From positions 22,670,606 through 22,734,166 of the forward strand of contig NC_069002.1 of assembly GCF_001194135.2 (NCBI RefSeq): 63,561 bases of DNA, in the 5' to 3' direction. Below are positions 55,845 through 63,561 of the stretch, in pieces. The stretch's first letter is position 1. Each line of letters begins with the position of its first letter. This DNA comes from Octopus bimaculoides. Lineage: Eukaryota. The translations under genes and the position numbers were made by a program. The notes beneath the pieces are model-generated. The model was not told where the DNA came from. It saw only the letters and a program-made list of their open reading frames with translations, and made no database searches.

Positions 55845-57193
55845 ACATACATACATACATGATGATGGCTGAACACTAATGACCGAGGAATACCATCACT
55901 GACCATTGCCCATACAAAATGTTAGCAATATCTATGCATAAGGTTATTACACCCATGGTCGGCTTCATTCAAGCTCATGTCTGCGGTTTCCGTACTTGAT
56001 GTGGCACCCTCCTATTCAACTGGGCATTGGAAAGTTGCCTCACCAATGATCAGGTAACCTAAAATTTTAGATCCAATAAGGCTTGCAAAACACCTCACAG
56101 ATCTTCTCCACCCTACAGACATGATCTAAGTCACTCATGAGGTCTCTCATGAGTACTACGGGTAACATGGAATCCAGTACAACCTGTTGAATGGTCAGGT
56201 CATCAGCAACTGAAATGGCTCCCCCCCCCACTTGGCTTGCCTGGTGAGGAGGATTACTAGTCAAAAGGACAGATGAACCTGGTGTAAGTTCAACAATTAT
56301 CTATCAATAGTATGCATCCTAAGAAATTCCAGGGTGGTAAGTAGCATGCTGGAAAACCTCTGGGAGTGAGGCACCACTCAGCTTTTGTTAATGCCTGTCT
56401 CTAGAAGGTCACTCTGATATTCTGATATAAAACCAGATCTGTAGGGGATGGCATTGGACATTTTGGAGACCTTGTGTATGAAATCATGAAACGCCCACAT
56501 TCCTGAGCCTGTGACCCATATTGGCACATGCATACATTATTTAATGGGTATCAAAAGGGTCTTGGAAGGTAACTTAGTTGCCCTTCAGATGTATATCAGG
56601 CTAACAGCTTAACCATAATATTCTTTTCTACTCTAGACACAAGACCTGAAATTTTGGGGGGGAGGGAGCCAGTCAATCAAATCGACCTCAGTATGCAACT
56701 GGTACTTAATCTATCGATCCCAAAAGGATGAAAGGCAAATTCCACCTCAGCTGAATTTGAACTCAGAACATAAAGGCAGATGAAATACTATTAAGCATTT
56801 CACCTGGCGTGCTATCGTTTCAACCAGATCACTGCCTTATCTTAACCATAATATTGAAACACGTGTAGAGATGTTTTGACTATCCATACTTATTTCTTTA
56901 CTGCATACATACATACAAATGTATGTGTGTGTGTGAAGGTACAGAACCTAATAATTTGGGTGTTGGACTCCTGATTTCAATTCCCACACTTGCAGTATGT
57001 TGTGTTCCTTCATTTCACACTGCTCCTGTCCACTCAGCCATAGATGGGCGACCCTGCAACAAACTGGCATTCTGTTCAGGAGAAATGTTGGTCTGCCATT
57101 GGGGTGGCACTCTTTGAAAGCTATAACAATGTAAAGAAGTGTATTGTTGAACAGTAGTATTTAACAACATGTAATAGTCATGCTGTTACAGTG

Positions 57194-57276
<83 letters not shown>

Positions 57277-57801
57277 CACTTTATTTGTGGTTAACAAGGC
57301 TACCAATGGTTTTATGTAAAGAGATCTTCACAATTATTCATGTGTGTCATATAGAAGTGTTGGTCCTCATCACTATTTTGGATAAAAAGACATTGAAGAA
57401 TATTCTTATTCCAATATTAGTGTGTGTGTGTGTGTGTGTGTACGTACATACACACACAATCATGGCCTTTCAAGGTGCATACTTCTGTGGTTAGAGCATT
57501 GGGCTCACAACCAAGAGGTAGTGAGTTCAATTCCCAGACTGGGATGTGTGTTGTGTTCTTGAGCAAGACACTTTATTTCAGGTTGCTCCAGTTCACTCAG
57601 CTGTAGAAATGAGTTGCGACGTCACTGGTGCCAAGCTGTATTGGCCCCTTTGCCTTTCTCTTGGATAACATTGTTGGTATGGAGAGGCTGGTATGTATGA
57701 GCGATTGCTGGCCTTCTATAAACAACCTGGAATTGTGCCTCAGAGGGAAACTTTCTTGGTGGAATCCCTTGATCATTCATGACCGAAGGGGCTCTTTTAT
57801 A

Positions 57802-57940
57802 CAGTCATAGCCAAAAGTTTGGAACATAGATCTGAAAATTAGAATTTTTATATTAAATGCACAAATATTTGAATCAAATTGTACTTGGACATAACAATTT
57901 TAATTTTTAATAAAATGTTCCAAACTCTTGGCCACAACTG
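57802..57940. mobile_element. Tc1-type MITE (139 bp)
   Basis: ta|CAGTCATAGCCAAAAGTTTGGAACA...TGTTCCAAACTCTTGGCCACAACTG|ta. Confidence 0.8.
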
Positions 57941-58744
57941 TACACACACATATATAAGAATGTGTGCATACACACACACACATATACATAAAATGTATAC
58001 ATATGTTTTACTATTGAAGGAAGTCTATATAAGTACTTTCATCATTTTTCAGACCTTCTCAAATTGATGAAGCTGATGTTTTCTATGACCTTTGAAAGAA
58101 AAAAATTGACTGGGAGAAAGTCCAAGGGGGTTTCATTTTAAAGAGGAAAAATTTAAAGGATTAAGTAGAAGGGGTTTATGTAGGTGACATATACGAATGA
58201 TAACAGAATAATTTGCTCTGTCGGGTGGTCTTGGGTATTTTCATTAATCCTCTCCTTGTTGTGTATTTGTCTTGTTAATCTTATTTATTTTTAACCAGTG
58301 CAAAATGATTGTCACATTTTCCTCCTTTTTAAATAACCACCACTACCACCACCACCACGACTACTACAACCACCACCACCACCATCATCAAGAAATTCTG
58401 TGGTGGGGGGATGGGAGGGAGAGGGATCTGAATGGAACGATTGTTGTTTATTTAAACTTGGTGACATTACTGAGTTTGTAACATCAGTGCTGGTGTGTGG
58501 TGTCCCTGCGCATGTGTGGTGTCCGTCTCTGATGTGAGGTTTGTGTTCGTGAGGATGTGATTGTGTGTCCACAGCAGAAAGTTTTACACTTTCAAATTAT
58601 GCAAATAGTTCAGTCAGCAGCATTAAAGTCATACCTGCCCTTCCCCCTCCTTCCTCCCCTTCTCCCTACCACTTCTCCTTTCTCCATTTCTCCCTCCCTC
58701 TCTCTCTTCTCTCCTAATTTCCTGTTCTTTATTTCGTAATCCCT

Positions 58745-58990
58745 ACTCATTAGCTCTCTGTCTCTCTCTCTCCCCTCTCTCTTTCTCTCCCCTCTCTCTT
58801 TCTCTCCCCTCTCTCTTTCTCTCCCCTCTCTCTTNNNNNNNNNNCCCTCTCTCTTTCTCTCCCCTCTCTCTTTCTCTCCCCTCTCTCTTTCTCTCCCCTC
58901 TCTCTTTCTCTCTCCCTCCTCTCTCCCCTTCTCTCTCTTCCTCTCTCCCCCTCTCTCATTCATATATGTTTCCGTCTGTCTCTCTCTCTC
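58745..58990. repeat. Polypyrimidine minisatellite, unit ctctctttctctcccct
   Basis: About 8 visible tandem units spanning a small gap. Confidence 0.85.
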
Positions 58991-59552
58991 TGTTTCTCTG
59001 TCTGCCTGTATCTCCCCCTCCCTACCTTTCCACCTCATCCTGGTCATTTTCAAGTGTTGGTATTCATGTTCGTCAAATGTCTTGACCAGATTTATAGAAG
59101 AAGGAAGAGAGATTTGTGAAACCATAGTAATCCTCACTTTCTCTAATTATTTTGGTTACATGAAGAAAAAAAAAAGTGTGTTGGATGGGTTTGGAGTGTG
59201 GAGAGGAGATTTTATTTGCAACGTGGAAGCAGGTCATCATAATTGTTGTATCTACAAATTCAAAGACAAACCTTGATCTTGCAGAATTTTGTAAGCTATC
59301 TTTAGTCCTTTGACAAAGTTTATATTGAGTAAAGTGTTGGAATTAGGAATTAATGGCAAAAATCTTTCATTACATTAGAGATTGTAATGAACCAATTTGA
59401 AAGAGAAAATCGTCAGATGTTTATCGTCAGTATGTTTCCTTCTGTGTGTGTGTGTGTGTGTTTATACCACTATATCAGTAGGTGTGTGTGTGTGTGTGTG
59501 TATATATGTATGTTTATTTCTCTATATTTGTAAGTATATAGATGTATGTGTG

Positions 59553-59885
59553 AAGGCGCATGGCTCAGTGGTTAGAGCGTCAAGCTTACGATCGTGAGGT
59601 TGTGAGTTCGATTCCTGGACCAGGCTGTGTGTTGTGTTCTTGAACAAGACACTTTATTTCAAGTTGCTTCAGTTCACTCAGCTGTAGAAATGAGTTGCGA
59701 CATCACTGGTGCCAAGCTGTATCGGCCTTTGGCTTTCCCTTGGATAATGTCAGTGGCATGGAGAGGGCAGGCTGATATGCATGGGTGATTGCTGGTCTTC
59801 CATAAACCACCTTGCCTGGGCTTGTGCCTTGGAAGGTAACTTTCTAGGTGCAATTCCATGGTCATTCACGACCGAAGGGGGTCTC
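59553..59885 (+). mobile_element. tRNA-derived SINE family D; others ~33080-33340, 39620-39890, 40912-41220, 57480-57800
   Basis: ggcgcatggctcagtggttagagcg A-box, gagttcgattcc B-box, tgtgttcttgagcaagacactttatttca core. Confidence 0.8.
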
Positions 59886-59889
59886 AAGA

Positions 59890-60160
59890 TGTATGTGCGT
59901 GTATGCATATATGTGTATATGTTTGTGTTTTTGCCTCTATATAAGTATGTAAATGTATGTGTATATGTGTTTATACCTCTATATAAGTATATATGTGTAT
60001 GTGTATGGATACATGTTTATGTGTGTGTGTTTATATCTCTGTATCAGTATGTAAATGTATGTGTGTATGCATATATGTGTGTTTATACCTCTATATAAGT
60101 ATATACCCATATGCATATATTTATACCTGTATATCAGTATAGAACTGTGTGTGTGTGTGT
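59890..60160. repeat. Degenerate TG/TA-rich minisatellite
   Basis: Recurrent tttatacctctatataagtat unit separated by (TG/TA)n. Confidence 0.7.
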
Positions 60161-61373
60161 AACAATGTGTACCCAGTACACTCTGTAAAGTGGTTAGTGT
60201 TAGAAAGAGCATTCAGCTATAGAAACCAAGCCAAAGCTGACCAAGCCAAAGCTGACCAAGCCAAACCAAGCCAAAGCTGACTAGAACCTGCCAGCTCTGG
60301 TCAAACCGTCCAACCCATGCCAGCATGGAAAATGGATATCAAAGGATGTTGATGATAATAAATGTGTCTCAACACACATGTATATTAGCATCATCTATCA
60401 CATGTCTTCCATGCTGGCTTAGGTTGGATAGCTTTACAGGAAGGATCCAGTGAGCTGGAGAAACATGTTGATCTCTTGTGTTTGTGTTTTGACATTGGGT
60501 TCTATGGCTTGGTGCCCTTCCTAACACCAACCATTTTACAGTGTGTACTGGGTGCTTGTTTTATAGCCCTGGCAAGGATCTTCATGCTGGGTGTTGAGGC
60601 ATTAAAGTGTGATAGAGGGACAGAAACAGGTGTCTTGCTATAATGCCACCCTGCATTATATAGGATCACATGAGAGTGACTGGAAAGGGAGATGAAATTG
60701 GTGGTAACAAGCTATCAAGGTACAAGAAGGTGAGTGGAAGACAGAATAGGGTGAGTGGATTGGGAAGAATGAGTGTGAGGGGGAGATCAACAGATGAATG
60801 GAAGTGATTTGAAGTAAATGGTGAGCATAGGTGTTTAGAATGTCCAATTTTATTTTAAAGTGATTTCCATTGAACAAAAACAGCAACAACCAAGAATTAA
60901 AATTACTTCACAGTAATTACTTCACAGAAATAGGGAAATAATCTAATTTCTTTCTAAAATTTTCTTTTTATTTTCATTAAAAAGAGAAGATTATTGTGAT
61001 CTGAGCTGTTAATCCAGTTTCTACATCATGGTGTAGGCATTTGCATTGGTAATATTCTTGAGAAGGAAATGTCTCAGTTTGTATGTAGACTCTGTATGAG
61101 ACATTTAATCCTTATTCTGTCTTTGCAAAACTACTATTCTTGGAATTCCTTTCCCACCCATCATTTACTTCTAAATAATCACTAAGCCTCCAGTAATTAA
61201 AATTCCACTCTATTAAAATTCCACAAAGATTGACTTTGTCTTTCATTCTTTCTGGGTCAATAAAATAAGTACCAGTTATATAGTAGAGTTGATGTAATCA
61301 ACTAACCCCTTACCTAAAGTTTCAGGCCTTGTGCCTATTGGAGAAAAAAAATCAAATCTATTAACCTTTTGCT

Positions 61374-61406
<33 letters not shown>

Positions 61407-62739
61407 TTTATGCATTGTCTCATATGTCATGTGCTTACACATACATCATATGCATACACCCACATTATATCATGCACACAAACATCATGCCATTCTTCAG
61501 CCCCAAATAGTTTGGAAAGACCCTAAGCACTAAAACCATTCCTTAGACTGCCTAAAGACAAAACAGATTGTTAAAACAATTACAATGTTTTTGTTATCTC
61601 GTCACAGTTTTTCTTATCTCACAGACATGATCTTCCATAAGTTTGAAAGAACACATTTGTCTATTGTTTCCATATTAATTAATATTCATTTGTTTTCTTT
61701 GATAAGTTAAATTAAAAGCAGACTAGATTTGTTTAACACCAAATCTTGTTATTAAACTGTGACAATAACATCAACTCATTTGTTTAACAGTTATTAACAA
61801 GAACATATCATCTTCTTTACAGGTGTTGTTGGTAATTCCCCTTTGTTCTGTCATGGGATAGAGTAACTGTGGTGTAATTAGTGTGAAATGGTTTAATCCT
61901 TAAGTAGGTATTTTATCAGTAAATACAGATAATCACTATAAGCAACAGGAGCACAGTATAGATAATGACTGTCTGGTTAACTTGGTGAGATTCTTGAACA
62001 AAACTCATTTTGATACAAACCTGAAATATCTCTTAACCCTCTAGATCAGTGAAGCTTTTTAATATCCGGATCAGATCCAAAACCTGAATTTTTTTAGAGT
62101 GCCACACCAAAAAAAAAAAAAAGAAAAGAGAAGTGAAACACAAATTAATTAAAGAAAACTTTATTATATTCATAGAAGCAAGATAGTTGATGGGCTGCAT
62201 ACAGCCCATGGAGTTGAGAACTGCTACTTTTGATACATACTCACCTGAGATCACATTTAGTTTGGTAAAACAAAGTTCTTCTTTTAAAGTAATCTAAAGT
62301 AAAAAAATTACCATCAAAATGTTAATTTATGTTCCAAACACCAGATTAATAATGAGGAAGTTATTTTTACTAAATTCTTATCTTCAAAAATAATTGAAAC
62401 AAAGGCAATGTGTTTCAACAGAAATATGGTAACAAAAGGATTAAAGTGATCTTAATTAAAGACTTACATTTAAAAATCCTATAGCAAGTGTAACTTTGAG
62501 ATGAATAAGCTACACAGTCTTGATCTGCCCTGGTGACTCTGCATGATCCTTGCATGTTTTGCCTCATCACAGTTGTCGAATAAAATATGTCATTCACTGC
62601 CTTATTTTTTCCAGTTATAATTTGTACACCATTTTTTTTCTAAGTGCAAGATTAATTTTCATGAAAGCTGGAGTAGAAGTGAACTGAAAGAGCATGTCTG
62701 GTCATTTAAAGACATCACCAGTGTTTGGTGCGAGACAGT

Positions 62740-62920
62740 GGCACGAGTGTAGACAGTAACTGTTGGACGGCGAGAATGGTAAAAGGCGTTGATGGCAGAG
62801 GAAGATCAAAGATGGGAAAAAGTGGTGAGATCTGATCTCACATTGTTGTGCTTTATAGATATGATAATGCAGGAATACAACCAGCAACAACATGCTGTAC
62901 CTCTACAAACCCAGCCAACC
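62740..62920 (+). mobile_element. RTE-like LINE C-terminal fragment
   Basis: VKGVDGRGRSK / WEKVVRSDL (frameshifted) matches the GRGRP..W...V..DL tail of RTE ORFs. Confidence 0.45.
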
Positions 62921-63442
62921 CAAAGCATCAAAAACAAAACAAAGAAAAAAAAAACCAAACCAAAACAGACATTAATCCTTTTGATATTAACCTGGTTGAA
63001 ATCACCTCTGGCTCTGTAGAACTAATGTCTTGTTTTCATTAAAATTGCTGCCAGCTCCTGACAGCAATAATAAATAATCCAGTTGAAATGTAATGGGTTT
63101 AATTTCTTAGAAATTAACCCGTCTGCGGATGATATCAGCTAACAAATGCTACCCCTAGGTTTGGTTTTCAATCACCACTGTGTTGGATGACTATCCTGTC
63201 ATGGAGACAATAAGGCTACCTCGTATTTGTTTACAAGATGACTGCTTTGAGACTCCGAAACTTTTGACTAACGCTAGTATAATAGTATAATACAGAACAC
63301 TGTGTGTGACTTTTACCTTAGAATTTACTTTAAGAATGTAAAAATATACGATAAAGCTATGTAGACCTTTAGGCCAACATATGACCAAATTGACTTCCAA
63401 CCAGTCAGTTAGAACCAATTGTGATCGTAAGTCAAGGACGAC

Positions 63443-63482
<40 letters not shown>

Positions 63483-63561
63483 CAAAGAAACAATAACAAA
63501 AAAACAAAAAAACAACAAAGTGAGGACGTGATATGGATAGTATTATTGGACGCTCAGGAAA

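Noticed and set aside
55860-56600. Possible decayed RT on the minus strand (ISVADDL, KILGYL)
   Set aside because: Only two weak motif matches; needs TBLASTX or an HMM search to decide.
60220-60285. ccaagccaaagctga tandem copies; also the doubled SINE-B head at 29220-29405
   Set aside because: Ordinary slippage or local duplication within SINE copies.
61823-61831. Possible 9-nt plus-strand microexon (tttacag|GTGTTGTTG|gtaatt)
   Set aside because: Such matches arise by chance in 20 kb of AT-rich DNA, and no partner exons were found.

Overview
AT-rich, gapped, repeat-dense animal genomic DNA. The SINE, microsatellite and LINE content suggests a coleoid cephalopod, probably Octopus (inference from repeat style, not verified). 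The only host gene I can support is POLR2B/RPB2, the second-largest subunit of RNA polymerase II, on the minus strand. I traced 22 coding exons by hand from ATG 42855 to 1598: all introns are GT-AG, all phases join, and the total is 3242 nt (1080 codons + 2 nt). The last ~94 aa (DGGLRFGEMERD...) lie beyond position 1. Introns and the 20 kb upstream region hold four SINE families, RTE and R4/Dong-like LINE fragments, Tc1/mariner, Tigger and hAT-like elements, and four Helitrons. The most unusual signal is a set of minimal hammerhead-ribozyme motifs of the Penelope-like-element type. Two lie in the near-perfect inverted arms of a 566-bp foldback in POLR2B intron 1 and carry a compensatory U3:A8 core. 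One is solitary at 40.05 kb, and a degenerate inverted pair lies at 48.0 kb. Other oddities: a Helitron bracketed by an inverted duplication of a MITE end, a 91-bp mini-Helitron next to a RepHel C-terminus, apparent microsatellite-targeted retroelements, a telomeric-repeat palindrome, and a uORF with a G-depleted leader ahead of POLR2B. All analysis is by eye; SINE and TE boundaries are approximate unless TIR/TSD ends are quoted.
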